A stretch of 64,000 nt of DNA. Origin: the human T2T-CHM13v2.0 reference genome, Homo sapiens. The position numbers and the translations under genes are program-made. Below are positions 35,776 through 51,965 of the stretch, piece after piece (the stretch's first letter is position 1; each line of letters begins with the position of its first letter). Location of the stretch: assembly GCF_009914755.1 (NCBI RefSeq), contig NC_060935.1, one strand, 5' to 3'. A model generated the notes under the pieces. It was given only the letters and a program-made list of their open reading frames with translations, searched no databases and was not told the DNA's origin.

Positions 35776-36345
35776 TGTGAAAATAATTTAAATGAAAGCT
35801 GCTGAAACTTTAAATTACTCTGAGCCTTGAATAAAATGTGATTGATTGTAAGACCTAGCTCATACGGGCAAGTCACTACAACTTTTGTTTCTTCCTATTA
35901 CAGATTAACCTTCTTTCTTATTTTTCTTGCCCTGTAAAACGTTGTGAAAGATTAAATGGTGCCCCTTACCTCTCAGTTACTAATTCTTTGTTATAGATTA
36001 ACATCCTTCCTTTTTCATGTACCCAGCTCAGACCAGATGGCGAAAGGCCCCATGACTACCAAATTGATAGGGATGCAATTTTAAATATATCTTTCCTGAA
36101 AAAGAATAAGCTGTAACCAATCAAACTGCTGTAACTCATAAATCAGCATTGTATTAAAAATGTGGTAATACTTGTAAACTTCTTTGCTTCTACTTATATA
36201 AGTGAAGCCTCAGCTTCTCCACTTCTCAGCAATGACCCAACTACTCTGGAGTCTTGTTTTTTCTGGGTGGCCAGTCTCAAATTTTGCACTTGAACAAACT
36301 CTTTTAAAATTGGATTCTGGGCCTCTTGATTATTTCAGGGTGACA
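35776..36345 (+). mobile_element. ERV1 (MER4-group-like) 5' LTR
   Basis: TG...CA ends (tgtgaaaata...gggtgaca), CCAAT at 36117, TATATAA at 36195, followed at once by a primer binding site. Confidence 0.8.
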
Positions 36346-36995
36346 TTTTGGTGAACCAGATGGGACCCAAATTAGGCCTTCATTGACTCCTGCTGTTTTG
36401 TCAACAGCTGGAGCCCCAGCACCAGCATGGACCGTTGCATCCAACTGACCTCGCTGAAGACTGCAGAAGCCCTTGGTCAGACTACTCTCAAGGTTGAATC
36501 TCCCTGGCTTGACTGAGATTCAGACTTTATGGAACCTGATTCAACAACTGATGAGACTGGAATTGAAGCACTACTTTAAGGTAGGCGTTTAGTTTGTTAT
36601 TCTCTTATTCCATTATTTGTGTATATTTGTGATTTTTTCACTTTTCTCTGAGATTAAAAAGTCTTGCTTGTCTTATTCACTACAGTTTGTAACCTTTTCT
36701 CTCATTTGAAATTTTATCATGGAGAAAGCAGTTTCTCTTTGAAAAGAGGAAGTGAATGTCTACAGCTTAGGCAAATTTTCTTAAACTGGCCAGATCTAAA
36801 GCTCCATTCAATTTGGCACATTTAAAATTTCCTTTTGAGTGACCAAAGTTTATAAAAGACTTTATGAGCACAAGAAAAGTCCCAAAGACAAGGGGAACTG
36901 TACCTCCTGGCTGAAAGGCACCTTAGGCAACCAAGGAGTCTCCCAGGAGTGTCAGAGCATATCACTCATAACATGTAACAGTCCCACAGGATTTG
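36346..36995 (+). mobile_element. ERV1 internal leader remnant (truncated, no 3' LTR seen)
   Basis: Follows the PBS; donor-like AAG|GTAGGC at 36580/36581; ends against a reverse L1. Confidence 0.6.
36349..36366 (+). other. Retroviral primer binding site, tRNA-Arg type
   Basis: TGGTGAACCAGATGGGAC matches 16/18 to TGGCGACCCAGATGGGAC, the complement of a tRNA-Arg(CCG) 3' end as I recall it. Confidence 0.65.
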
Positions 36996-37615
36996 GACAA
37001 ATACATACTGACATGTATCCACCACTACAGTATCATACAGAATAGTTTCACTGACCTAAAAATATGTGCTCCACCTAGTTATCCCTCCCTTTCCCCTAAC
37101 CCCTGGAAACCATGATCTTTTTACTTTCTCCATAGTTTTGTCTTTTCCAGAATGTCACACAGTTTAAATCATACAATATGTAGCCTTTTCAGATTGGTCT
37201 CTTTGACTTAGTAATTTGCATTTAAAGTTTCTCCAGGTATTTTCATAGCTTGATAGCTCATTTTTTTTCAGTGCTGAATAATATTTTACTGTCTGGATGT
37301 AACAGATACAGTTTATTTCTCCATTTACCTAATAAAAGGCATCTTGGTTGCTTCCAAGTTTTGGCAATTATGAATAAAGCTGCTTTGTAAACATCCATGT
37401 GCACGTTTTTGTGTGGATATAAGTTTTCCACTCCTTTGGGTAAATACCAAGGAGCAGAACTGCTGGTTCTTATGGTTGGAGTATATCTAGTTTTGCAAGA
37501 AACTGCCAAACTATACTGCAAAGTGGCTGTTAAATCTGCTGCTCCACATCCTTGTCAGCATTTGTTGTTGTCAGTGTTATGGATGTTGGCCGCTCAATAG
37601 GTACATAGTGGTACT
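36996..37615 (-). mobile_element. L1MC/L1MD 3' region
   Basis: ttttccagaatgtcacacag...atcttggttgcttccaagttttggcaattatgaataaagctgc. Confidence 0.82.
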
Positions 37616-38909
37616 GACTGGCTTTTTAGTGTGCTTTGTGCATCATTTTCTACGGATCACATGGTTCATACACTACTACCTTCAGCCATTACACTGAGTA
37701 GCAGTTATTTTTTTTAGGAATCTATGAGCCAGAATTTCTTGGAATGTTGGTACACCTAAAAAGTAAGAAACATGGGGAAAGTTCTGTAAGTTCCTTTAGG
37801 CTGTTGACTGACTGATAATGAGTGAATAAATCAGAACTTTGTCAGTGTAACCTCCTCCAGATACATTCACAAATTCTCAAACCTCTTAAGATCAAAGATT
37901 CATACTAAATACCTTTTGTTTCACAGTGTTATCTCATCAAATTAAGAAATATTGGGGCTCCTAAGGGACACGGTCTCTCTTATTACTGGATCCTGCATCT
38001 AGCCTATTACCTGGGAATAGCAGTTACTCAGTAAATATTTCTTCAATTGAAAAACGAATTGAAGTAGGACCTGGAAATATGGGAGATACCTAAATCTGAG
38101 CGAGGACACAAATTTCTCAATGGAAAGAGCATGGAAAAAAACCTCCATTTGTGTTAATCCTTGGGAATTAAGGAATAATGTAATCCAAGGAATACAGCAA
38201 TAAAAGAAATGTTTGAATAACCAAACGTTAAAACATAGTATAAAGCCTCTAAATTAATACAGTATATTAGTGGTACACAAGTAAACCTGTGGGATATAAC
38301 TGAAAGCCTAAACACAGACTTTCACATATAAAAGTATTATATCAAATCAGTGAGGCAAAGCTGAACTTTTTAATAAGTAGAACCAGTTAACTGGGTAGCC
38401 ATATAACTGTATCAACCAGAAATAAACTGCAGAATTTTTTTGTACATTGTGGCAGATAGTGTGATGTGAATATATGGGTGTTTTCCCCCGCCAAGGAATC
38501 TCTGCATAGTAATGCTGTGGTAATTTCTGTTGTTTCCAGCACCTAAGTCGTCACTTCCGATTCTTGAAACAATGGTACATAAATTCATCTACTTTGATCC
38601 CATCTTCAATATATTTCTTTCAAATCCTTGAGAGAAATGGTACAATATAAAAGAATATAAAAAACATTTTTTAAAGTACTGCACATTGAGATAAAATCTC
38701 AAAATCAGAATTCTTATTCATTATAAAAAATATTTCTGAACATAAACCAGCAAAAATACTTTATCTCATTGTCTCACACTTCTTATTTATTTTTGTCATT
38801 ATGGTGTTTTGATATTGCAACAAAGATTTTAATTTTTCCTTTATTTTTAATTATTTTGTTTGCTTTTAAGATACAGCAGAAATATAACATTCAGAGATCC
38901 AGAAAGCTC

Positions 38910-39192
38910 TTTTTTTTTTTTGTGAGACAGAGTTTCACTCTTATTGCCGAGGCTGGAGTGCAATGGCACGATCTCAGCTCACCACAACCTCTGCCCCCCC
39001 AGGTTCAAGTGAGCCTCCCAAGTAGCTGGGATTACAGGCATGCACCACCACGCCTTGCTAATTTTGTATTTTTAGTAGAGACGGGGTTTCTCCATGTTGG
39101 TCAGGCTGGTCTCAAACTCCTGACCTCAGGTGATCCACCCACCTCAGCCTCTCAAAGTGCTGGGATTACAGGTGTGAGCCACCGAGCCCAGC
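38910..39192 (-). mobile_element. AluSp
   Basis: ctcaccacaacc, tttctccatgttggtcagg, actcttattgcc. Confidence 0.88.
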
Positions 39193-39316
39193 AAGTTCAT
39201 TTTTAACTTGGTTATTTTGCATCTCAGAACTCATTTTCCCTTAAAGAAATACATACAATAACTATATTCACAGAGCAGCCACAGTACTCTATATGATGAA
39301 TAATACAGATAAAATA

Positions 39317-40465
39317 TAGTCATGTACTACATACTGACATTTTGTTCAACAATGGACTGTAGATATGACGCATCCATAAGATTATAATAGAGCTGAAAAA
39401 TTCCTATTTCCTAGTGATGTCACAGAGCATGGCATTACTCACGTATTTGTGGTGATGCTGTTGTAAACAAACCTACTGCACTTCCAGTCATATAATGATA
39501 ATAAACAACTATGTTACTGATTTACATATTTATTATACTATACTTTTTATCATTACTTTAGAGTGTACTCCTACTTATTAAAAAAAGAAGTTAACTGTAA
39601 AACAAGCTCAGGCAAGTCTTTCAGGAGGTATTCTAGAAGAAGGCATTGCCATCATAGGAGATGACAGCTCCATGTGTGTTACTGCCCCTGAAGACCTTTC
39701 AGTAGGACAAGATACAGAGGTGGAAGACAGCGATTCCACCTCTGTATTAATGATGCTGCCCCCGTATAGGCCTAGGCTAATGTATTTTTGTGTCTTAGTT
39801 TTTAACAAAAATGTATAAACAGTAAAAAAGAAATCTCTAATAGAAAAAAGCTTATAGAATAATGAAAGAAAATATTTTTGTACTCATACAACGTGTTTTA
39901 AGTATTATGAAAGAGTAAAAATATTTTAAAAAATTAAGTTTATAAAGTAAAAAAGTTAGAGTACGCTAAGATAATCTAGTATTAATAATTAATCTATTAC
40001 TGAAGACATTTTAAAAAATAAATTTAGTGTAGCTTAAGTACATAGGTTTGCAAAGTTTGCAGTAATGTCCTAGGCCTTCCTACTCACTTATAATTCACTT
40101 ACTGACTCATCCAGAGCAGCTTCCAGTCTTGCAATGTCCATTCATGGTAAGTGCCCTATACAGGTGTACCATTAAAAGAAAAAAACCTTTTATACTGTAT
40201 TTTTATCGTACAATTTCTATGTTATGTATGTTTAGATATACAAATACTTGCCATTTTATTACAGTTGCCTAGGGTATTCAGTACAGCAACATACTGAATA
40301 GGTTTGTACCTAAAGAACAAGAGACTAGACCATACAGCCTAGGTGTGTGGTAGGCTATACCATCTCGGTTTGCGTAAGTACACTCTATGATGGTTGCACA
40401 ATGATGAAATCACCTAAGGGTGCATTTCTCAGAAAGTATCTCCATCGTTAAGCGACACATGACCA
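39317..40465. mobile_element. Tigger3 (Tigger3b-like) non-autonomous DNA transposon, about 1.15 kb
   Basis: TA|tagtcatgtac...gcatttctcagaaagtatctccatcgttaagcgacacatgacca|TA. Confidence 0.88.
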
Positions 40466-40791
40466 TATATGGATGGAGAGATGCAGAGAGAGTGTGTGTG
40501 TGTGTTAAGTCACGATACAAAAAAATGTGCATGTGGATACAAATGAATGAATGAGTGCCTGGATTCATTTCTATCAATCTCGGCAAATGTGACCAAGAGG
40601 GAGATAAAGTCCTCAGACAGAGTACAGGTAGTACCAGGAAGCTGAAGAGGTGGCTTGTATTCATGTAGGGTACAACTTGATCTTTACTCTAGCTTCTTTA
40701 TTGCTAAGATGAGACTCAGAAACAGGATTTTAACAGTTTGAAAATGTGTCTAGAAGTTTCAGAATTAGATGATAAAACCAGTAATTTGAGG

Positions 40792-41118
40792 GGCCAGGTA
40801 TAGTGGCTCACAACTATAATCCCAGCACTTTGGGAGGCCAAGGTGGGAGAACTGCTCGAGTCCAGCAGTTTGAGACCAGCCCTGGGCAACATAGTGAGAG
40901 GTCCATGTCTAAAAATGCAATTTAAAAATTAGCTGTGCATGGAGGCACGTGCCTGTAGTTCCAGCTACTGAGGAGGCTGAGGAAGGATTGCTTGAGCACA
41001 GAAGTTCAAGGCGGCAGCAAGCCGTGATTGCACCACTGCACTGCAGCCTTGGCAACAGAGCAAGATCTTGTCCCTAATACGTACGTACATACATACATAC
41101 ATGCAAACATACATACAT
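40792..41118 (+). mobile_element. AluJ with (TACA)n tail
   Basis: Diverged dimer then tacgtacatacatacat. Confidence 0.88.
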
Positions 41119-41169
41119 GTTTGTCTGACTTAATTATCACATTATTCAAAACATTCCTTAAGTAGGCAT

Positions 41170-41450
41170 AGTAGTCTCCCCTTATCCACAGTTTTACTTT
41201 TCATGGTTACAGTCGCCTATAGTCAACTGCAGTCTGGAAATATTAAATGGAAAATTCCAGAAATAAAGAATTCTTAAGTTTTAAACTGCACTGTGTTGAG
41301 TAGCATGATGAAATCTCAGGCTGTCCCACTCCATCCTGCCCTGGACATGAATCATTCCTTTGTCTGGGGTATCCATGCTCTATATGCTACCAATCTTATA
41401 GTCACTTAGCAGCAGTCTTGGCTACCTGGTCCACTGATGTCACACTGCCT
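41170..41450 (+). mobile_element. MER44/Tigger7-type fragment
   Basis: agtagtctccccttatccacagtttt...aaatattaaatggaaaattccagaaataaa. Confidence 0.78.
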
Positions 41451-41609
41451 ACGTTGTTCACCTCACAGCAGTTTAGGACCACAGCACAATACATTCACCT
41501 CAAAAATCACTTATCCATGAGGCCTTCTTACTGCTAATAGCCCCCAACTCCATGCCTAGACTAGTAAAAATGACCCTTCTCTGCATTTCCGTGATAATCT
41601 GTATATACA

Positions 41610-42960
<1,351 letters not shown>

Positions 42961-44161
42961 TAGTGCTTCTCATTGATGATGATAGTGTTCCCTAGAAAAT
43001 ACTTCAGGAGTCTGTAGAGCATTTAGTGGGCAGGAGTCCAACATGTCCTGCAATATATACAAAGTCCTGCGTAACTAAGCCTTTTCCTGCAATCTCCCAA
43101 GTTCCCAATGCTCTGTTAAGGCATTCATATAGTCTATCAACAAAACCACGTGGATTTGAGCTATCTGATAAACAAAGTCTTTCCTTTTATCTATCTTCTA
43201 TAGAGGGTCTTGGTATAAGATTTTGTTTGGAAAACACTTTTGAACAAAAATGTTTGAAAATCAATATAAAGGATGATTACCTCCCATCCTAAACAGTCCA
43301 TGATAGACTAACCTTTCCCTGATCATATAAAACTTACATTAGTGCAATAAAACTTAACCTAGCCTTTCTCTATTATGCAAAACAAAAATTTTTGCTAGGT
43401 TATTCTGCCACTGGAAGACAGTAAATAGCACAGCCAAGAAAGGGGAAACCAAGAGCTACCAAAAAAAATTTTTTAATGTGTGTATCCCAGTGAATTTCTT
43501 ACCACACGGATCTAAAATCCTCCCTGTTTCTTTGAGGATTTCCAAGAAAATATTAAACAAGTATTTTGAATTGCCCTCCAGTTATTTGTTCTCACAGCAG
43601 AACAAATTTAGCTGAGCAGTTTCACAATCTCAGGAGAATTAAATAGAAAAACCCACACAAGTCCGACTCTGTCTCCATGTAAAATATATAGCAAGGAGCG
43701 AGAGTAAACAGCAGTAAGCTGAACAGTGGAAAGGAATATAATCAACAATGGAAAACTATTTGACCTCTACAATCACTGAAACACCCAATCTATTTTTATC
43801 TCCTTTTACTTTTTCCATTTTCTACTTTGTACCCTACCCCCACCTTTTACCCAGTTCTATTTACTCATAATCCCAGAGACAAAAAGTTGGGAAGAGAATA
43901 CATAAAGATGAAGCATGGTTCAGAAATTTAAAAGGTTTAAAATCATAATGGCATGCTATTGTCCTGTTTACCTCAATCTGCAATTTCCTTTGAAGATCAT
44001 GAAGAAAAGGGAGAGTACTCACCATCTGTAAGCTCCATATAACCACTGAATATCCTATTTTCTTTCTTGATCCCAATTAAGAGATTAGAGGGAGGCTATG
44101 CCTTTCACGATACAGATAGTAAAGAATAAAAAAATCTAAGTTAGATAAAACTTTAATTTTT

Positions 44162-44440
44162 TCACGCCTGTAATCCCAGCACTTTGGGAGGCCAAGGTAG
44201 GCGCATCACCTGAGGTCAGGAGTTCGAGACCAGCCTGGTCAACATGGTGAAACCCCATCTCTACTAAAAATACAAAAATTAGCCAGGCGTGGTGGCGCAC
44301 GCCTGTATTCCCAGCTACTTGGGAGGCTCAGTCATGAGAATTGCTTGACTCTGGGAGGCAGAGGTTGTTGTGAGCTGAAACTAGTACTATTGTACTCCAG
44401 CCTGAGTGACAACAGTGAAACTCCATCTCAAAAAAAAAAA
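44162..44440 (+). mobile_element. AluS, slightly 5'-truncated
   Basis: Begins at tcacgcctgtaatc. Confidence 0.9.
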
Positions 44441-44602
44441 TTTTAATTCAACTTCCCTCTTGTAAAAGATGTTAAAGCTTAAAAATGTTAAATGTCAAAT
44501 GTTAGAATAAATGTTATATACAACTACTTTTTGGTAAGATCAGTTGTAGAATCCAGGTTTCTCAGCTTCTAGTACAATCACCTTTCCAATAAGTCATGTC
44601 AC

Positions 44603-44727
44603 TTTTTTTTTTTTTTTGAGATAAGGTCTTGCTATGTCGCCCAGGCTGGTCTTGAACTCCTGGGCTCAAGTGATCCTCTCACCTCTGCCTTCCGATGGGA
44701 CTACAGGCATATACCACTGTGCCCAGC
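44603..44727 (-). mobile_element. FLAM monomer
   Basis: Poly-T plus a single arm. Confidence 0.8.
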
Positions 44728-44831
44728 TCTCGCATTTTTTATCCTGTAGTGTTGAAATAAAGCTTTGGATTAAAATGCTTTTAATATTAGTCTCTCCCAA
44801 GTATGAAATGCTGATCATATAACATAAAACA

Positions 44832-45008
44832 AGCCAGGTGTAGTGGAGGGTGCCTGTAATTCCAGCTACTCGGGAGGCTGAGGCAGGAGGATCACTTGAG
44901 TCCAGGAGTTTGAGGTCAATGAGTTATGATCATACCACTGCACTCCAGCCTAGGTGAGAGAGTAAGACTCTGCCTCTAAAATCAATCAACCAACCAAGCA
45001 ATCAATCA
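44832..45008 (+). mobile_element. FRAM/AluJ right arm with (CAAT/CAAC)n tail
   Basis: agccaggtgtagtgg...tgcctctaaaatcaatcaacc. Confidence 0.82.
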
Positions 45009-45914
45009 TAGGAACTAAATCTGTCATACAGTCTCCAAAGATTTGTGGGTTGGTAGTTTCATGATCCCTATCAAGCTGTATCTCAAATGCAGTTGCTATC
45101 ATTGCTGCAGAAATTGTTCTGCATGCCATTAGACTGCATCTCATACGTAAAAACCAAAGCCAAGGGAAACAGGCTCAATAAACTGCATTCTATTTTGCCG
45201 GTTATGTTAGTTTTGGGATTTGCCTATTAACAAGCCATATATGTAGGTCTTTCACTAATCTAAAAATTTCCAATAAGTCCAGTTTATGTTTCCATACTTT
45301 CCACTTGCTACAAATGTGTATCTTGGTGTACACAGAACTGCTAGTATAAAAATAATCTTTCTTAAAATAAGGGTTCATTTACATTCCAGAACACCCACTA
45401 ACTAGAACACCCACTCAGCCCTGAGAAAGGTTTCATTTAAACAACTATTTGATCAGCAGGAAAGGAAGTTATTAAGTCAGACTGTTTGTAAACAGTGTTT
45501 TCCTGCTGAGCAGTCTGAGAAAGAAAGAATCAAGAAAAGACGCGTGGAGTCTAATATTAGAGGGTAAGGTTGAGGCAAAACAGAAAGTGAATATACAATG
45601 CTGCCTTATTTTTCTTTTACAGGAGATAAACACAAATGTAAAATTGCAAAACAGCAAACTTATTCCTAAATGTAAAGGGGTCGGTGAAAAATGAACCAAA
45701 CTTTTTTTCACTATTGCTTGAAAAATATTAATTTTGGCTTATTCATTGTCAGATTGGGGCTTTAAGGATGAATATGATAAGATATGGTCCTAGTCCGTTA
45801 ACTAGGACTTCTGTGAGAAGGGATACCTATGCTCCAGAGTTAAGTCTCCAAACCACGTATCCACACAAAGGACTTGACTACCACTAAACACAGCAGGTAC
45901 TCAATAAATACTTA

Positions 45915-46478
<564 letters not shown>

Positions 46479-47019
46479 TCATATAAAAGTCACGATTTTG
46501 ATGCTATCCAAAGATTATCCAAAAGGGATTCACATCATTTTTTGAGATCAAAGTGTCTCTTGAAGTCAACAATGCCATGGAATGCTTCCTTCAAAGATGG
46601 CATGCATAAAATAAATGTCTAATTTCCAACAAAAATCAATTTCCCCAAATAATTAGATGGTATTGGCCCTAAAGAGTATAAACTCAAAAAACTTTCCAGT
46701 GTTTATGAAGCTGACATTTTCTTTTCATTTATGATTACTTGAATTCTAATGTCCAGACTAGCAACATGAAAGTTCACGTTTTTTAAAAAGAAGAAACGCT
46801 ACTTTTCTACTTTTAATTAGCAATGGAAATAACCATTTGTAGGAAAAAAAATAATTCTCTCTATATTAAAAGTTCAAAAGTCTAGCAGAGGTGAACTATT
46901 CAACATAATCACTTCTGGGAAAATACACAGCAGGAATAGATATAACAAAAACAAAAAACATGTACCCTGGTACCAAGATCCAAGATGCATAAGCTACTTT
47001 CTAAATATATCCAGAATCC

Positions 47020-47287
47020 GGCCAGGCAGAGAGGCTCATGGCTGTAATCCTAGCACTTTGGGAGGCCAAGGCGGGCAGACCACGAGGTCAAGAGATTGAG
47101 ACCATCCTGGCCGACATGGTGAAAACCCGTCTCTACTAAAACTACAAAAATTAGCTGGGCGTGGTGGCGCGCACCTGTAGTACCAGCTACTCGGGAGGCT
47201 GAGGCAGGAGAATCGCTTGAACCCGGGAGGTGGAGCCAAGATTGTGCCACTGCACTCTAGCCTGGCAACAGAGTAAGACTCTGTCTC

Positions 47288-47313
<26 letters not shown>
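47020..47313 (+). mobile_element. AluSc-like
   Basis: cacgaggtcaagagattgagaccatcctggcc; flanking tccagaatcc. Confidence 0.9.
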
Positions 47314-47319
<6 letters not shown>

Positions 47320-47785
47320 TCTCACTCTCCAGAATCCAACCACATTTGAGGATGTACAATTTCAACTCCTGTGTAAATCACTATCTGTCCACCTAAAATA
47401 CAGCATTAGACTTTTAACTGGTTTCTCTTCTTCTGTACCTCTCCCTGATTTAATCTCCATATAGCAGCCAGAATGATCTCATTAAAATATAAGTGATTTA
47501 TTACTCCTTTGCTTATAACTCTCCAAAGACTCACAGCCAATATTCTTATAATGGCCTAAAAAGTCCTTTTTAGAGGGAATGTTTCTGGTTGTCATAACTG
47601 GGGAGAGCTACTGAAACTTAGTGGGTACTACCCCAAGTTTCAAATATGCCATGGAACATTCATGTTAGTGAATTAGGTAAATTGTATTATTTTAATATGC
47701 TCTGAATTTTCCAGAATGCATCTTCCATGTAAATCAAGGGAAAGCTAATACTTTCATGCGGAACTCTTATCAAGAATGAGTTACC

Positions 47786-48264
<479 letters not shown>

Positions 48265-48683
48265 TCACCAATATAACACACCTGTTTAAGTCCTAATTTA
48301 TAGTAGTCAAAGTCAGCAGTTCTTTATATCTCTATATAAAGGCTACTTACATTCTTCTAGACCACAGTATTTACATAATAAAATACACTGATTATATTAC
48401 TTTTCTTTCTTTTTTATATTAAGTTGGAAGCACTATATTTTTCCAATTAAGTGTATAAAAAGTTTATATCATCTACATTTCATTATACATATTATCTATA
48501 TTTGGGAAAGAAAAGGAGTTATGAAAATTCTTTTTTACAAAAGTGTTACACCTCATAAAGATGAACATCACTCACATATATAATTTGCACCTACTCCCAA
48601 CCTCTATGCCTAACCTCAGTTCCCACTAATCTTCCTCTCTTTCCTATGCTCGATCCATACCTGCCTTCATGATTGTTTCTTGA

Positions 48684-49109
<426 letters not shown>

Positions 49110-49231
49110 CCACTCATGCTTTTTGAACATCTTTTCAGTAAAGCTTTCCTTGACCATCCAATTTAAACTAGAATCTCTCTCTCCCTAACCTTTTTCCCAA
49201 TTTATTTTTCTTCGCAATACAAATAACCATC

Positions 49232-49749
49232 TGTTCTGATTACCTATTGGTGAGCAACAAATCATTCTAAAATTTAGCGGCTTAAAATGATAATCTACTG
49301 CTATCTTTCACAAGTCTATGGGTTGCCTGGCTTCAACTGAGTGGTTCTTGTATGGAGTCTCTCACATGGTTTCAGTCAAATGGCTGCCGGCACTGGAGTC
49401 ATGTGAAGGCTAGATTCAGCTAGATATCCAAGATGACCTCCTTAATCACAAGTCTGGTGCCTTAGCTGGGATGGCTGAAACAGCTGAAGTGTAGCCAGGT
49501 ATCTCTGTCTTACCATGCAGCCTTCCCATACAAATAGTTTGAGGTCTCACAGTAGCACAGTACCTCTTACACAGATGCTGGCTTCCCCCGGAGCCATTCC
49601 AAAAAAACAAAGGCAAGGATATTTCATTTCCACCATGTCCTACTGATTACACAGAACCAGCCCACTCTTTAACTGTGGGTGAGGACAACAGAAAGATGTG
49701 GGACTGGGAAGCATAGTGCACTAGGCAGCTATCTTTGGACAGTTACCAC
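49232..49749 (-). mobile_element. Old MLT1 (H/I-like) solo LTR
   Basis: tgttctgattacctattg...aaaatttagcggcttaaaa...atctttggacagttaccaca. Confidence 0.72.
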
Positions 49750-50322
49750 AATACTTAACATATTCTCTATTTTACTTTTAGATTTATTGTCTCCTCTTCT
49801 ACAAGGATATACATTCAACAAGGAAAGAGATTCTTTGTTCACCACTTTTCCTCCAGCACATGTCATGTAGTCAATTAATATTAATTGACAAAAGGAATAA
49901 ATTATTGCATTAGGTAAGTGATATACATCAATAATTCACTATATCCCCTTGCTTCTCACTATAGGTCACTCTGCCCCAATCTTACCAATTTGCCTTTCTG
50001 AAAGGTACCTGGTATGAATCTGGATAATTTTGGAAGTAGAAAATGACAAAGTTGGAACAAAAATCAAAGACGGAACTATAAACAAGGATCATACACATTG
50101 CTTTGTCCTGTGGACATCTCTGATCACTCCTGTACCTAGTTTTTCCTTGTCAGAAATCTCTCCTAGAGCACTTATAAAAAGTGAAGCACTACTTGATGCA
50201 ACAATTCTGTATATTCTGTATAATTACCCTTAAAAAAGGTAAAAGCCAATTAAACATTTAATTATTCTGCTACGATTTCACGTGTCAGCTTTATCTTCTG
50301 GATAAACACTATACATTTCGTG

Positions 50323-50533
50323 GCTGGGTATGGTGGCTCATGACTGTCATCTCAGCACTTTGGGAGGCCATGGCGGGAGGACTGCTTGAGCCCAGGAATT
50401 AGAGAACAGCCTGGACAACATAGCAAGACCCTGTATCCATAAAAAATTTAAAAATTAGCCAGGTGTGGTGGTGCACACCCATAGTACTAGCTACCAGCTA
50501 CCTGGGAGGCTAAAGTGGGAGGATCACTTGAGG
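50323..50533 (+). mobile_element. AluJ, 3'-truncated
   Basis: Ends at ggatcacttgagg. Confidence 0.85.
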
Positions 50534-50829
50534 TAAAAGAAGAAAAAAAAAGAACTCAGAAACTGTTCATTTCTTGAGAACCAGCTCATTTTAATTTAAA
50601 GAACAAATTTTAATTCAAAATTCTCAACACAGGACCCAATACTAACTTGTGCATACTATCATGTAACAGGAAAAAAAAATAGCCAATGAATTCTCCATCA
50701 GTAAAAGAATAGGTTAAATACATTGAAATACATATATTGATACACTGAAACAGCACATACTTTTAAAAGAATGAGGCAGAAGCAGTAAGAGGTACTGATA
50801 CGTGAACAAAATGAACAAAGCAGGTATAA

Positions 50830-50972
50830 GCCAGGCATGGTGGCTCACGCCTGTAATCCCAGCATTTTGGGAGGCCACGGCAGGCGGATCACCTGAGGTC
50901 AGGAGTTTGAGATCAGCCAAAATGGCAAAACTCTGACTCTACTAAAAACACAAAAATTAGCTGGGTGTGGTA
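50830..50972 (+). mobile_element. AluS left arm, truncated
   Basis: Ends just after the middle A-tract. Confidence 0.85.
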
Positions 50973-51210
50973 GCTAATAATCATGAACATCATTATGTTA
51001 TTTATGAACGTATGACTAGACTAGTCTTAAGGCTGAAAGTTCTACAAAACTAAAATTGCCGTTAGAAAATAATAATAAGTATTTAAGTGTTCCAGGTAGT
51101 GTGGAGGACACAGGTCTTCCCTAAAAGGAACTTACCATCTACACAGGGAACCAAAACTGGTAAGTAAGAAATCATTGATGAACAACTGAATGTTAAAACA
51201 GGCTATAGTA

Positions 51211-51507
51211 GGCCAGGCACGGTGGTTCACGCCTGTAATTCCAGCATTTTGGCAGGCTGAGATTGGAGGATCGCTTGAGTCCAAGAGTTTGAGACCAGCC
51301 TAGGCAACATAATGACCTTGTCTCTACTAAAAATTAAATTAGCCAGGTGTGGTGGTGTGTGCCTGCAGTCCCAGCTACACAGGAGGCTGAGGTGGGAGGA
51401 CTGCTTGAGCCCAGGAGTTGGACGTTGCACTGAGCGATGACAGTGCAAGTGCATGCACTCCAGCCTGGGTGACAGCAAAACTGTGACTCAAAAACAAAAA
51501 ATAAAAC
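51211..51507 (+). mobile_element. AluJ
   Basis: TSD about aaaac(ag/ca)gctatag. Confidence 0.88.
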
Positions 51508-51849
51508 CAGCTATAGCAACTGAATACAAGTTTAACAGGAGTTGGAACAAGGGAGGTATTAATATTAGCTAGAAAAAAGTTGTTTTGAGAAGAGGTTTGA
51601 CCTGGGTTAGCCCACATACCATCTAAAAACGTTTAAAAGAAAATAGGTAAGAGTAATCAAAAAGTGAAACCATCTAGCACAACCAAAATGATGTGTGCCA
51701 TAAACAACTTAGTCATAAAAATGTATAAGCACCAGAATTTCTGAGGTCTAGTAACTTTGTGTTACCATTTCTAGAATGCACAACAGTTTAGAGAAGAGAA
51801 ATGCTAGTGCTTACATCAGCCTGCTTCTGCACACTGTTTTACCTATTTT

Positions 51850-51965
51850 GGATTAGCAATATGAAGTTTTCATATATGTCATTTCACTAATCCTTACAAC
51901 CGATAAGAATAGTGTTCTTCACATTTTACAAGAGAGGAAATTGAGGATCGTGGTGGTAAAAAGTA
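51850..51965 (-). mobile_element. MIR
   Basis: aatccttacaacc...cattttacaagagaggaaattgagg. Confidence 0.65.
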
